From positions 3,200,001 to 3,264,000 of the forward strand of contig CATQHZ020000001.1 in NCBI GenBank assembly GCA_958296135.2: a stretch of DNA of 64,000 nt, given 5' to 3'. The notes beneath the pieces are model-generated. The model had not been told where the DNA came from. It saw only the letters and a list, made by a program, of their open reading frames with translations, and searched no databases. The stretch comes from an uncultured Poribacteria bacterium (GTDB lineage Bacteria; Poribacteria; WGA-4E; WGA-3G). This document shows positions 29,197 through 40,203 of this stretch, one piece after another; the first letter of the stretch is position 1, and the number at the start of each line of letters is the position of its first letter. The translations under genes were made by a program, and so were the position numbers.

Positions 29197-29865
29197 ATGA
29201 GGATAACCCCCGCAGAAATTACGGCCCTCACCTTGTCCATAAAAGTCGCGTTGCTGAGCCTCATTGTTATGTTTCCACCGGGGCTCTTAGTCGGATGGCT
29301 CCTTGCCAAGCGGACGTTCCCCGGCAGAGCACTCCTCAACACCTTCGTCATGTTACCGCTCGTGCTGCCGCCTGTGGTGAGCGGGTATGTGCTCTTAATA
29401 TTGCTAAGCAAACACGGGCCTATTGGGGGATTCCTCTTCCAAGTTTTTGGGATAGAGCTTGTTTTCTCGGAGTTCGCCGTTGTTGTCGCGCTGTCGGTTA
29501 TCTCCTTTCCGCTTCTCGTGCGCGGCATCATGACAGGCATATCAGCCGTGCCGCTTGAACTCGAAAACGTCGCCCGGACGCTTGGCGCATCGCCGATGAG
29601 AGTCTTTTTCACCGTGACGTTACCTCTAGCGGCGCGCGGCATTATCGGCGGTGTCATCCTCGGTTTCTCCAAAAGTCTCGGCGAGTTCGGCGCGACTATC
29701 ATGGTGGCGGGCAACATCCCTGGCAAAACCCAGACGATGGCATTGGCGATTTTCAACGCGGTGCAACTCGGACAGGATGCTTCTGTCTATCGGCTTGTAT
29801 TTATTTCGACTGTCGTTGCTTTTGTCGCGCTACGGTTATCGGAACGCTCACTCGCCAGGCTGTAA
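29197..29865 (+). CDS. modB: molybdate ABC transporter permease
   Basis: LPLVLPPVVSG, SLGEFGATIMVAGNIPGKT. Confidence 0.95.
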   Translation: MRITPAEITALTLSIKVALLSLIVMFPPGLLVGWLLAKRTFPGRALLNTFVMLPLVLPPVVSGYVLLILLSKHGPIGGFLFQVFGIELVFSEFAVVVALSVISFPLLVRGIMTGISAVPLELENVARTLGASPMRVFFTVTLPLAARGIIGGVILGFSKSLGEFGATIMVAGNIPGKTQTMALAIFNAVQLGQDASVYRLVFISTVVAFVALRLSERSLARL

Positions 29866-29904
29866 CGGCGGATTTCTATTGCCGCCCATTCCAAAAGAGA
29901 AAAA

Positions 29905-31023
29905 ATGATCTGGCTCAATTTCCGCAAACGCCTCGGTAACTTCACGTTAAACCTTGACTGCACGCTAACCAAAAAGGTTACGGCGTTTCTAGGCGAATCC
30001 GGCAGCGGCAAAAGCACCCTTCTCAATTGCATCAGTGGTACCCTCTCCCCAGACGAAGGGGCAATTGCCTTCGGCGATGAAGTGTTGGACGATGCCAAAA
30101 CGCGCACCCACCTGCCGCCAGAGAAACGCGGATTCGGATGTGTGTTTCAAGAGGGATATCTGTTTCCACATCTGACTGTTGCGCAGAATATCCGTTATGG
30201 GCAGGGAGGCGCGCTTTGGAAGCGCACGGCGCGTTTGAAAACCGCGCCTACGGAGCTCAGTAAGGTAATTGACACGCTTGAAATTGGGACGTTGCTGAAA
30301 CGATACCCGAACCAACTCTCCGGGGGGCAACGTCAACGCGTCGCAATCGCACGTGCGCTCGCAATGGAACCGCGGTTGCTGCTCATGGATGAACCCCTTG
30401 CATCGCTGGACTACGGGTTAAAAAACCGCATTCTCCCCTACCTCCATCATGTGAAAGAGGCGTTTGACATGCCGATTCTCTACGTCACGCATGCTATCTC
30501 AGAGGCGATGGCGATTGCAGATGAGGCTTTTCTTCTTTCCGAGGGACAGATTACCGCGAGCGGCGAACCGCATCAACTGCTCACCGCGCCTTCCGCGCTC
30601 CCCATCGCACAATTGACAGGGGTAGAAAATATTTTATCTTTACCTGTCGCCTTTTCAGACAAAGTGAGTGGGATAACGGCGTTGCAAATCGGGAATCAGC
30701 GGATAATCATTCCATATGCCGAGGAAACGCGCCTCCAAAGCGCGCCTACGAAAATGAGTCAAGACATGCCAATTGCCATTCGCGCTGAAGACATTATCAT
30801 CTCGCTTGAGCCAAATCTCCCTATTAGCGCGCGCAACATTTTAAAGGGCACGATTCACGAGATAAACCGTGTTGGCGACAAAACCCTGTTGTCCATTCAC
30901 GTTGAGGGGCACCCGTTGTCGGTTAAAATTACGCACGATGCACGCGAACAACTTCAATTGCGCGAGGAAATGCACTGCTATTGCGTTATCAAGGCAAATG
31001 CGATTAATCTGCTCTGGCGTTGA
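29905..31023 (+). CDS. modC: molybdate ABC transporter ATPase
   Basis: GESGSGKS, LSGGQRQR, SARN TOBE domain. Confidence 0.93.
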   Translation: MIWLNFRKRLGNFTLNLDCTLTKKVTAFLGESGSGKSTLLNCISGTLSPDEGAIAFGDEVLDDAKTRTHLPPEKRGFGCVFQEGYLFPHLTVAQNIRYGQGGALWKRTARLKTAPTELSKVIDTLEIGTLLKRYPNQLSGGQRQRVAIARALAMEPRLLLMDEPLASLDYGLKNRILPYLHHVKEAFDMPILYVTHAISEAMAIADEAFLLSEGQITASGEPHQLLTAPSALPIAQLTGVENILSLPVAFSDKVSGITALQIGNQRIIIPYAEETRLQSAPTKMSQDMPIAIRAEDIIISLEPNLPISARNILKGTIHEINRVGDKTLLSIHVEGHPLSVKITHDAREQLQLREEMHCYCVIKANAINLLWR

Positions 31024-31038
31024 GCATCAAGACGCATC

Positions 31039-31136
31039 GAGACCAGGAGGGCTCTCCTACAAGGGGAAATCGAGACCGGGAGGCCTCTCCTACCGGGTGG
31101 TATTAAGACGCATCGAGACCGGGAGGGCTCTCCTAC
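31039..31136. repeat. three REP-like copies between convergent genes
   Basis: GAGACC(A/G)GGAGG...TCTCCTAC three times. Confidence 0.8.
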
Positions 31137-31771
31137 TGCGAGAGCTCTTCCCACAATTTATCTATCTGCGTGCGAAGTTCCGCTAGCGTTCCATCATTTT
31201 CTATGACGATGTCCGCGTAATTCACCTTCTCTGCCAGCGGCATTTGTGCATCAATTCGCGATTGCACTTCGCTTTCGGTGAGCAGCCTGCCTTGCGCGTG
31301 ACTGCGTTCCAGCGTTCGTCGCAACTGCGTTTCTGGCGAGGCTGTCACAACGACAATCAGATCGACTGTGTCATAGGCACCGGCTTCAATAAGAAGTGGC
31401 GCGTCAAGCAAGGCGATGGTACTCGGGTTTTCCGTGACAATTTGCCGCGCGCGGGCACGGGAACTTCTAATGATTAGCGGATGCAGAATGGCATTTAGCT
31501 GCTCGCGCGCGGCTTTATCGGAGAAGACAACCGCGCCCAGTTTTTCTCGGCTGACATCCCCGGATGCTTCAAGGATAGCCGCCCCGAACGCTTTGACGAG
31601 TTCGTCAATAACGGGACTGTCTGCTTTGAGCAGTTGATGCCCGATCTCGTCGGCATTAATCGGAATCGCGCCTTTTTCTGCGAGGATTTCAGAGACGGTA
31701 GTCTTCCCGCATGCGATGCCGCCTGTAATCCCGATGATGATGCCGCGGTTGGGGGGTGTTTGGGTGTTCAT
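31133..31771 (-). CDS. coaE: dephospho-CoA kinase
   Basis: GITGGIACGKTT, DAPLLIE, RIDAQMP. Confidence 0.93.
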   Translation of the reverse strand: MNTQTPPNRGIIIGITGGIACGKTTVSEILAEKGAIPINADEIGHQLLKADSPVIDELVKAFGAAILEASGDVSREKLGAVVFSDKAAREQLNAILHPLIIRSSRARARQIVTENPSTIALLDAPLLIEAGAYDTVDLIVVVTASPETQLRRTLERSHAQGRLLTESEVQSRIDAQMPLAEKVNYADIVIENDGTLAELRTQIDKLWEELSQ

Positions 31772-31918
31772 GCTGTTGAGTGTATCTGATAATTGGAAAG
31801 ATGTCAAGGGTTTTTCACGGGGGCTGTCCGCAAGTCCTGCCCCGGGTGCCGTAGGGCGAGGGCCTGTCCCTCGCGAGTGCTTGATGAACCGTGGCATGGC
31901 GGGGGACAGGCCCTCGCC

Positions 31919-32812
31919 CTACGGGCCCGAGGAAGGAAATTTCATCAGTTCATCATAATCTGCATTCACCAACTCAATTCCGTAAAACGCCAACCGCTCC
32001 ATGGTCTTCCGGATGGCAGAGAGATTATTATCCACCAGAATAGATGACCGGCTGTGCAAAGCCGCCGCTTCGCCGAGAGTGCCGCTGCCAGCGAAGAAAT
32101 CTAACAAGGTATCGCCCGGTAGAGAATGCACCTTGACGATGCGATTCAGGATACCGAGCGGTTTCTGTGTCGGATATCCTGTCTTTTCACTGCCATTCGT
32201 GCTGACAATAGTATGCCACCAGACATCTGTCGGCGTTTTACCGCGCGCCGCTTTTTCCTTACCTACCAACCCCGGTGCCATATACGGAATCCTATCCATC
32301 TCGTCAAAATTGAAGGTGTAGTGCTGCGGTGTTTTGGCATACCACAAGATGTTATCGTGCTTCGCGGGCCAGCGCGACTTCGGCCGGCCGCCGTAATCGT
32401 AAGCCCAGATAATCTCGTTCATAAACGAGTCGCGCCCGAAAATCTCGTCGAGCATCACTTTACAGTAATGCACCTCCCGGTAATCAATATGCAGGAAAAA
32501 ACTGCCGTGCGGATGCAACACCCGATATGCCTCCTCAAAGCGTGGACGCAAAAACTGCAGGTAAGCCTCGGAGCTCTCAAATTTATCCGAGTACTGGATT
32601 CGGGACCGCGCCGATTTGACAGTTCGGTAAGTCTTGCCTTGGAAACCGACTCTGTCGCCTTGTGTGTCTTGTAGCATTTGGACTTCGCCGCGCTGCTGGA
32701 TTTTGCCGGTATTGAAAGGCGGATCGGTGTAAACGGTGTTAACGCTTTCGTCCGCGATATGCGCCTGAAGAATCGTCAGGTTATCGCCGTAATAGAGTTG
32801 ATGTGTAGACAT
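31919..32812 (-). CDS. orphan adenine DNA methyltransferase
   Basis: DPPF, YPTQKP, DFFAGSGT. Confidence 0.9.
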   Translation of the reverse strand: MSTHQLYYGDNLTILQAHIADESVNTVYTDPPFNTGKIQQRGEVQMLQDTQGDRVGFQGKTYRTVKSARSRIQYSDKFESSEAYLQFLRPRFEEAYRVLHPHGSFFLHIDYREVHYCKVMLDEIFGRDSFMNEIIWAYDYGGRPKSRWPAKHDNILWYAKTPQHYTFNFDEMDRIPYMAPGLVGKEKAARGKTPTDVWWHTIVSTNGSEKTGYPTQKPLGILNRIVKVHSLPGDTLLDFFAGSGTLGEAAALHSRSSILVDNNLSAIRKTMERLAFYGIELVNADYDELMKFPSSGP

Positions 32813-33029
32813 GGTGCCTCCTTGTGTTTTGAACTACGTCCATTATACAAAAAATCCCGTAGCAATGCAAGTCTGAGAAAAAGGGGTGTGTTGAGGGCTT
32901 GTCCCTCGCGCTCGCTGCAGAGATATTGACGATAGGATAACTAAATCGTCAGACAAAAAAACTTGCCATCCACATACAATTTGTGTTAGAATAAAAAATG
33001 CAACATAAATATAGAAGGAGTTAAGGCAT

Positions 33030-34130
33030 ATGGCGCAAGAAACTATTCAAGGAATCGTCTCTCCCGAGGTCTTGGGAAACAAACCGAGTGGAGAAACGGA
33101 GCAAGAGACAATCCGAGTCGGCATCATTGGAGCAGGCGGGAATACCACCGCCCGGCACATCCCAGGCCTGCAGGCAATTGAAGGCGTTGAAATCATTGGC
33201 GTTTGCAACCGGAGCCTGGAATCTTCGCGGCGCGTGGCAGATAAGTTTGGTATCCCTAAAACCTACAGAATTTGGCAGGAAGCCATCGCCGATGCGGATA
33301 CGAATGCGATCGTCATCGGGACGTGGCCCTATATGCACTGCCGCGCGACGGTTGCAGCGCTCGCTGCAGATAAGCACGTCATGTGCGAAGCGCGGATGGC
33401 GATGAACGCCCGCGAAGCGCGTACGATGCGCAACGCTGCACGCCAGAAAACAGAACTCATCGCACAGATTGTTCCCTCGCCGATGACGCTGCGGGTGGAC
33501 AACACGATAAAACGGCTCATCGCCGAGGGATACCTCGGTGAGGTGCTCGCCGTTGACGTGCGCGCTGGCGGCACATTTCTCGAACGCGAGGCACCTCTCA
33601 CCTGGCGACAAGACTTCGACCTCAGTGGGCTTAACATCATGAGCATGGGCATCTGGTATGAGGCACTCATGCGCTGGGTAGGCGAAGCCACGCGGGTTAT
33701 GGCGATGGGCAAAACGTTCGTCAAAATGCGTTCAGATGCCGAAGGGACCTTGCGCGCAGTGCGGATTCCGGAGCATATTGATGTTGTCGGTGACCTGGCG
33801 TGCGGCGCGCAACTCCATGTGCAGGTTTCTAATATCGCCGGGTTCGCGGGCGCGCCTGAGGTTTTTCTCTTCGGCAGTGACGGCACGCTGCGTTTTTCCG
33901 GGAACCGGCTCTACGGCGGGCGAAAAGGCGATTCGGAACTCAGTGAGATTGACATTCCCGATACAGAAGCGGGCGCGTGGCGCGTGGAAGCGGAATTCGT
34001 GAACGCTATCCGCGGCACCGAAATCATCACGCACACCGATTTCGACACCGGGGTGAAGTATATGGAATTCACCGAGGCAGTCACGCGGAGCATGCAGACA
34101 GGTAGCGCGATTTCGTTGTCGCTGTCGTAA
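33030..34130 (+). CDS. Gfo/Idh/MocA family oxidoreductase
   Basis: GIIGAG, KHVMCEARMA. Confidence 0.9.
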   Translation: MAQETIQGIVSPEVLGNKPSGETEQETIRVGIIGAGGNTTARHIPGLQAIEGVEIIGVCNRSLESSRRVADKFGIPKTYRIWQEAIADADTNAIVIGTWPYMHCRATVAALAADKHVMCEARMAMNAREARTMRNAARQKTELIAQIVPSPMTLRVDNTIKRLIAEGYLGEVLAVDVRAGGTFLEREAPLTWRQDFDLSGLNIMSMGIWYEALMRWVGEATRVMAMGKTFVKMRSDAEGTLRAVRIPEHIDVVGDLACGAQLHVQVSNIAGFAGAPEVFLFGSDGTLRFSGNRLYGGRKGDSELSEIDIPDTEAGAWRVEAEFVNAIRGTEIITHTDFDTGVKYMEFTEAVTRSMQTGSAISLSLS

Positions 34131-34295
34131 GAATCCAGATATGCCGGTAGGCGCGGTTTGCAACCGCGCCTTGGGTGAGCTGCGCGTTTGGCGCGCGGGT
34201 TCATCTCGGGGGAGAAACCTCTGTCTGTATCGAGCCCGGGAGGGCTCTCCTACGGCACTGCATTGTCCGATTTAATATAACAAAAAGGAGGAACA

Positions 34296-34868
34296 TTGAC
34301 ACTAGGAAAACTCTTTAATCTTTGCCAAGACATTGAATTCCGGCAAGCCAAGCTCTACGCCTCTCTCTCGTTGCTTTTGGGGGGTGTCGATGAACGGATT
34401 GCGCGGTTTTGGGAACGGATGAGCACTGAAGAGTGGCAACACTACATTCTCGTTGATTTCGGACGTTCCTTATGCGCCGAGGTATTCGGCATCGATTCGC
34501 GAGTCACGGAGTTGCCGGATGTAGCGCGCCGCTTGCCAGCGAATATTGGGAAGACAATCCAACAGATTACGGACGCGTTGGATACGCATGAGGGGAAGGT
34601 AAATAGCGGACAGATTTCGCTAGACGAAGCATTCGCTATTGCCATCGCCATTGAGGGCAGCGAGGCGGATACCCTCTATATGTATCTGCTATCCATCATC
34701 AGAAGGGCGATTCATCAGAGCGACCAGCCGTATCTGATGAGCCGCGTCGTGCAGATTGAAAAAGACATGGTATCGCACGTAGACGGCCTCGTTCAGGCGA
34801 CGCAGCGGTTCGCGAAAGATGCGAGTCTGATTCGCAAGGCGCATCGGCTCAAAGTGCATCACAACTAA
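34296..34868 (+). CDS. ferritin/rubrerythrin-like protein
   Basis: EEWQH and AIAIE helical metal-ligand motifs; AGGAGG RBS plus TTG. Confidence 0.65.
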   Translation: MTLGKLFNLCQDIEFRQAKLYASLSLLLGGVDERIARFWERMSTEEWQHYILVDFGRSLCAEVFGIDSRVTELPDVARRLPANIGKTIQQITDALDTHEGKVNSGQISLDEAFAIAIAIEGSEADTLYMYLLSIIRRAIHQSDQPYLMSRVVQIEKDMVSHVDGLVQATQRFAKDASLIRKAHRLKVHHN

Positions 34869-35218
34869 AAGGATTGCGCCGATGATGCATTTGAGCAGCC
34901 GGTTCTCTATCGGTTACGCGGTGGCGCGCGCCATTGGTTTCCCTGTTCTCTCGGGTTCCGATATTCAGGTTCGGACGCATCATGCAGTTAATGGGCTTCG
35001 GGGTATATTCCGATGCTGGGCAGTGTCGATATGACTATTTCCGCGCCCGGTTCATTCGGCGTTCAAGTTGTTCCGCGAGCTCGGGGTCGCGCTGTTTTAA
35101 AGCGGCGAGGGACAGGGCTTCTCGCTCCCTTGCGCGCCGGTCTGGTTGATGATACCGCAGGCATCGAGACACAGGAGGTCTCTCCTACGGGAGAGCGAAT
35201 CAGCCAGTCTTGGGGGAT

Positions 35219-36160
35219 TCACTGATGCTGCGCATTGCACAACAAATTCCCCGCCTGCGCGCACTCAACCTGTTCTAACTGCAGCGTCGTATGGCCAATA
35301 CCGAAATGCGTTTGCAATTCGGCGTTGATTTGCTCCAAAATCCGATCTGGTGCCAAGACGGTGTTTTCGTCCACCACAATATGCGCGCTCAATGCGCAAT
35401 AGTTAGAACAGAGGGACCAGATGTGCATATCGTGCACGTCTTTCACCGCATCTAAGCGGCGGATATGCGCCGCCACGGTGTGCGCGTCAGCATTCCGTGG
35501 CGAGTTTTCAAGCAGGATATGCACCGCGTCTTTCGTGACGTTCACTGCGCTGACGAGAATAATCCCGCCGATGAGGAAGCTGAGTATCGCATCGGTGGGG
35601 TACCAGCCTGTCCAATAGATAATCGCGCCACCGATGACAACGCCTACCGAAGAAAGCGTATCCCCGACAACATGCAGCACCGCGCTGCGGACGTTGAGGT
35701 TGCCGTGGCTTTCGCCGTGCAGCTGCCACAAGATGATGAGGTTCGCCACGAAGCCGAGGCACGCTACAATCAGCATCCCACTGACTTTAATAGGTGCCGG
35801 TTCGAGATAGCGATGATACGCCTCATAGAAAATCCATCCGGAAATCCCGATCAGCGACACGCCGTTGAGAAACGCCGCGAAAACCTCGGCGCGATGATAA
35901 CCGTAGGTGCGCGACGCGGTCGCGGGGCGCGTGGATAGGTAGATGGCCAGCCAGCTGAGCAGCAGCGACAGCACATCCGACAGCACATGCGCTGCGTCGC
36001 TCAGCAACGCTAAACTGCCAGACCAGATGCCGCCGATGACTTCTCCCAAAAAGACGATAAACGTGACAAACACGGCAATCTTGAATTTCTTTTGAAGCCG
36101 CGTCTGATGGCTATGTCCGTGCGCTTCGCTGTGAGGGTGTTCGTGATGATGGTTATGCAC
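35219..36160 (-). CDS. cation diffusion facilitator (CzcD/ZitB-like)
   Basis: His-rich N-terminus, SDAAHVLSD, LHVVGD, HTTLQLE. Confidence 0.92.
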   Translation of the reverse strand: MHNHHHEHPHSEAHGHSHQTRLQKKFKIAVFVTFIVFLGEVIGGIWSGSLALLSDAAHVLSDVLSLLLSWLAIYLSTRPATASRTYGYHRAEVFAAFLNGVSLIGISGWIFYEAYHRYLEPAPIKVSGMLIVACLGFVANLIILWQLHGESHGNLNVRSAVLHVVGDTLSSVGVVIGGAIIYWTGWYPTDAILSFLIGGIILVSAVNVTKDAVHILLENSPRNADAHTVAAHIRRLDAVKDVHDMHIWSLCSNYCALSAHIVVDENTVLAPDRILEQINAELQTHFGIGHTTLQLEQVECAQAGNLLCNAQHQ

Positions 36161-36370
36161 CGTTCCTCCGTTATTTCATGCCGCCATAAGGCGGTTGATT
36201 TGGCAGGACTTCTGTTCCTTGTTGCATCCAAGTCACCTCTATAGTTCGGGTTCGCCTGCCACCCAGGCCAACCAGGTCCAGAGCGGGCGAATCTCCACCT
36301 ACAGAGGCTCCATTGCCTGCGCGGTTACGAACCGCGCCTACGGGGTGTGTCTGCGTAAATCCTATGTGGC

Positions 36371-36679
36371 TCAGTCAGCCGCTTTGCTCTCGGATTTGCT
36401 GCTGCTACCGCTGTCAGTTTTCTTCTCTTTCTTGCCGGATTTGTTCTCGGTGCCGCTAGAAGACTTCTTGTCCTTTTTGGCGGATTCTTTGTAGCCTTCG
36501 CTGCGGTAATCGGTGATATAAAAACCGGAGCCTTTGAAGATGAGTCCCGCGCCCGCGCCGATGAGCCGCTTGACTTCGCCGCCGCATTCGGGGCATTCTG
36601 TCAGTGCCGGGGCAGTTATCCCCTGAAACCGCTCGAATCGGACATCGCAGGTGAGACATTTATAGTCATACGTTGGCAT
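36371..36679 (-). CDS. FmdB family zinc-ribbon protein
   Basis: MPTYDYKC..C...CPEC, FKGSGFYITDY. Confidence 0.9.
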   Translation of the reverse strand: MPTYDYKCLTCDVRFERFQGITAPALTECPECGGEVKRLIGAGAGLIFKGSGFYITDYRSEGYKESAKKDKKSSSGTENKSGKKEKKTDSGSSSKSESKAAD

Positions 36680-36728
36680 ATCGCATTTTCTCCATTTCTT
36701 TCTTGCGAAAAAAGATAGTTTCTGGTAG

Positions 36729-36757
36729 ATTTTAACCAGTCTAACCAGAAATGTCAA
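36729..36757 (-). promoter_or_regulatory. sigma70-type promoter
   Basis: TTGACA-17 bp-TAAAAT. Confidence 0.7.
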
Positions 36758-37070
36758 GTTAAAATTGCATCGGTGTTCAGTTTTCCCATAAATCGTAGTT
36801 GAACGTAGGGCTAAGGGCTGAAATTAATTTAATGCGTCGGATCGCGAGGGACAGTGGACATCTCTGCAGCGAGACTGCAGAGAGGACAAAGTTAAAGGTA
36901 GCGTGTTTACGCAGGGCGACACACGCACATTTTCTGTAGGCGTGACCGTGACGGCCCTCGCGCTACGGGCTAAGGCCTGGTTCTAATACCAAATGCCGTT
37001 GATTTGTCTCGTATTCGGGCTCAGGCGAACCCGAACTATAGAGGTTAATTTGATATAATAGGAGATTTTC

Positions 37071-38429
37071 ATGTTTCGATTGCTCATTGATGCGGACAGC
37101 TTTCCCCTCGGCAAAGGGCCGATGGTGATGCTGATACTCTTCCTCATCTCAACGATTTTCATCTTCGCGCGTTCCGAAGAACAAGGCCAGAAGTTGGAAT
37201 TTTGGATCTTCGCCAATACCCATTTTGAAGAATATCAAACGCGCGTCCCTATTTTTGAGGCGGAGAACCCCGGTGTCAACGTGCAGCTCATCAACTTCGG
37301 CGGCACGATGCACGACAAACTCCTCGCCGCCATGTTGTCCAATTTCGGCGCACCAGACCTGGTGGAAGTGGAGATTACTTCCATCGGCCGATTCCTCAAG
37401 GGCGCGATTGACGAAGTGGGGTTCGTCGATCTTCGTCCCCGCTTGGAGAGCGAAGGGTGGATGGAAAAATTAGTCGTCAGCCGATTTACACCCTGGTCAT
37501 ACCGCGGAAGGATTTACGGCATACCGCACGATCTGCATCCAGTTGTGCTGCTTTACCGCGATGACCTTTTTAAGGCGGCCGGCGTTGAGATGACCGAGGT
37601 TGAAACGTGGGATGACTTCATTGCGGCGGGCAAAAAAGCGACGCGCGATTTAGACGGCGATGGAACGGTCGACCAGCACGCTATCGTCTTGGACCGGCGG
37701 ACCGAAAGCGACTACTTTTCGCTCCTCCTTCAACAGGGAGGTGGATTTTTTGACGAGGAAGGCAACGTCATCATTGATAGTGAACTCGCGATTGAGACGT
37801 TAGAATTTTTTGTCTCACTGTTTAACGAACATAAAATCGCGACTCCCGTCTACGGTACATGGCACGGCGACCCGAGCAACTTCGCTGCGATGCAGGACGG
37901 TAAAATCCTCTCCATCCTCGCCCCGGATTGGTATGTCGGCATTCTCAAAAGTCAGGTGCCGCAGATGGCTGGCAAGTGGAAGGCGATTAGCATGCCGGCG
38001 TGGAAACCCGGTGACAGGCGCACCACGACGCGCGGCGGCACGATGATAGGCATAACGACGCAGTGCAAAAATCCTGACCGCGCCTGGGAACTCCTTAAAT
38101 TTACCTATTTCGACCGGGGTGGCTTAGTCAACCGATACGAGACGACGCGGATTATTCCGCCGCTCAAATCGGCGTGGGACGCGCCTATCTTCAAGGAGCC
38201 GGACCTTTATTTAGGCGGCCAACCGTTAGGAGAATTGTTTATTGAACTCGCCCCCGACTTACCACCGCGGTATCAGAATCCCTACTGGTCAGAAGGCGCG
38301 GATTTGCTGAACGACGCTATTTTCGCCGCTGTCACAGAAAAGCAGACCTCGAGGGAAGCATTGACTGAACTCGCTGCGAAGGTTCGCGCGCTTATCGCCA
38401 AAGACCAGGGCCGTTGGAGGGATCTGTAA
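37071..38429 (+). CDS. sugar ABC transporter substrate-binding protein
   Basis: APDLVEVE, IYGIPHD, LLYRDDLF, TWDDF. Confidence 0.9.
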   Translation: MFRLLIDADSFPLGKGPMVMLILFLISTIFIFARSEEQGQKLEFWIFANTHFEEYQTRVPIFEAENPGVNVQLINFGGTMHDKLLAAMLSNFGAPDLVEVEITSIGRFLKGAIDEVGFVDLRPRLESEGWMEKLVVSRFTPWSYRGRIYGIPHDLHPVVLLYRDDLFKAAGVEMTEVETWDDFIAAGKKATRDLDGDGTVDQHAIVLDRRTESDYFSLLLQQGGGFFDEEGNVIIDSELAIETLEFFVSLFNEHKIATPVYGTWHGDPSNFAAMQDGKILSILAPDWYVGILKSQVPQMAGKWKAISMPAWKPGDRRTTTRGGTMIGITTQCKNPDRAWELLKFTYFDRGGLVNRYETTRIIPPLKSAWDAPIFKEPDLYLGGQPLGELFIELAPDLPPRYQNPYWSEGADLLNDAIFAAVTEKQTSREALTELAAKVRALIAKDQGRWRDL

Positions 38430-38435
38430 GCAACC

Positions 38436-39335
38436 ATGAGAACCAAACCTCGTTCGTCCCGCTTTTGGCATCAACAGCAGAAAATCGCGCCGTATCTTTT
38501 CATCGCGCCGTTTTATCTGCTTTTTGTCCTATTTATGGGCTACCCGCTGCTCTCATCCCTCGTGATGAGTCTTTATGAGATGCGTGGGTTTCAGAGTCGG
38601 GTATTTGTCGGCATCGGCAATTTCACGGATTTGTTCCGCGACCCGATTTTCTGGAAGTCGCTTCGGAACACCGCTTATTTCGCAATCGGCACGCTCACCC
38701 TCCAATTGCCAATCGCGCTGTTATTGGCGATTTTACTGAACTCGAAGTTCGTCAAGGGCAAAAATGTGCTGCGTCTCGCTTTTTTCGCGCCGGTGCTTGT
38801 GGCGGGTGTCTTCGTAGCGATTATCTTCAACCTCGTCTATGACCAGCGTGCTGGCTTGATCAACCAGGAATTGATTCTTTTCGGGCGCGAAATCGGTTGG
38901 CTGAACGAGGAAAACTACGTCATGCCCGCGGTGATTTTAACGGGTGTCTGGCAGTGGGCAGGATTCAACATGATTTACTTTTTGGCGGGGTTACAAGGCA
39001 TTCGCCAAGAGCTTTATGAAGCCGCTGCTGTGGATGGGGCGAATTGGTGGCAGGCGTTCCTGCATGTCACACTGCCCTCGTTGCGGCCGGTGATAGCCTT
39101 CGTCTTTGTTGTCTCGATGATAGGTTCGCTGCAACTCTTTGACTTGCCCTACATTCTGACGAACGGCGGGGAACCTGCGGATGCCGGCTCAACTATCGTG
39201 ATGTATCTCTACAAAAACGGGTTTCAGTTCATGCGTCTCGGTTATGCAGCGACGATCGGGTGGGTGCTATTTTTCATCATCGCCGTTATTTCGATTGTCC
39301 AATTGAAATTGCTCGGTATCTTCCGGGATGAATAA
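38436..39335 (+). CDS. carbohydrate ABC transporter permease
   Basis: ELYEAAAVDGA EAA motif. Confidence 0.93.
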   Translation: MRTKPRSSRFWHQQQKIAPYLFIAPFYLLFVLFMGYPLLSSLVMSLYEMRGFQSRVFVGIGNFTDLFRDPIFWKSLRNTAYFAIGTLTLQLPIALLLAILLNSKFVKGKNVLRLAFFAPVLVAGVFVAIIFNLVYDQRAGLINQELILFGREIGWLNEENYVMPAVILTGVWQWAGFNMIYFLAGLQGIRQELYEAAAVDGANWWQAFLHVTLPSLRPVIAFVFVVSMIGSLQLFDLPYILTNGGEPADAGSTIVMYLYKNGFQFMRLGYAATIGWVLFFIIAVISIVQLKLLGIFRDE

Positions 39336-39384
39336 GACAAACCGGTAGGCGCGTTCCAAGCGCGCTGCTTGAAAAGGAAATAGC

Positions 39385-40095
39385 ATGCTCATTTTACCAG
39401 CCATCGACTTGCGCGGTGGGAAGTGTGTCAATTTGGTGCAAGGCATCGCCGAACAGGAGACTATCTTTTCGGACGCGCCGATAGAAATGGCGAAACGGTG
39501 GCAGGCAGAGGGTGCCGCATACCTCCACCTCGTCGATTTGGATGGTGCATTTCAGGGGCAATCGGCGAATCTGCACATTGTCCGGGAGATTGTCTCCGTG
39601 CTTGATATCCCTGTCCAACTCGGCGGCGGCATCCGGACGTTAGCGCAGGTGGACGCAGTGTTGGCACTCGGCGTTCATCGGGTGCTCTTCGGCACGGCCG
39701 CGCTGAAGCAACCGGATGTGGTGAAACAGGCTTGCGCGCGTTATGGCGAACGTATTGCTGTCGGTATAGACGCGAGGGACGGTGCGGTTGCTACCCATGG
39801 CTGGCTGGAGGTTTCGCAAAAGTCGGCGGTGGAATTCGCGAGGGAGATGGCAGAATCGGTGCAGACGTTGATTTACACCGATATTAAGAGCGACGGAATG
39901 CTCAAGGGCCCCAATGTTGAAGCAACAGCGGACATTGTTAGCGCGGTGACGGCGGATGTCATCGCTTCGGGGGGAGTCACGTCGCTTGAGGATATCGCTG
40001 CGCTCAAGCGCATCGGTGCCAGCGGGGCGATTGTTGGGCGTGCTTTGTATACCGGCGCGCTCTCGTTGCGTGATGCAATCGCTGCTGCGAAATAA
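39385..40095 (+). CDS. hisA: ProFAR isomerase
   Basis: PAIDLRGGKCV, LHLVDLDGA, IYTDIKSDGML. Confidence 0.95.
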   Translation: MLILPAIDLRGGKCVNLVQGIAEQETIFSDAPIEMAKRWQAEGAAYLHLVDLDGAFQGQSANLHIVREIVSVLDIPVQLGGGIRTLAQVDAVLALGVHRVLFGTAALKQPDVVKQACARYGERIAVGIDARDGAVATHGWLEVSQKSAVEFAREMAESVQTLIYTDIKSDGMLKGPNVEATADIVSAVTADVIASGGVTSLEDIAALKRIGASGAIVGRALYTGALSLRDAIAAAK

Positions 40096-40203
40096 AAAAG
40101 GAAAAAAGTTTGCTTAACGCGAATGTGATGTGATAGACTAATGTTAAGTTTCTTTAAAACTGCGCCTACCAGTAGAGAGTTATTTTAAGGAGGAATTCAC
40201 ATC

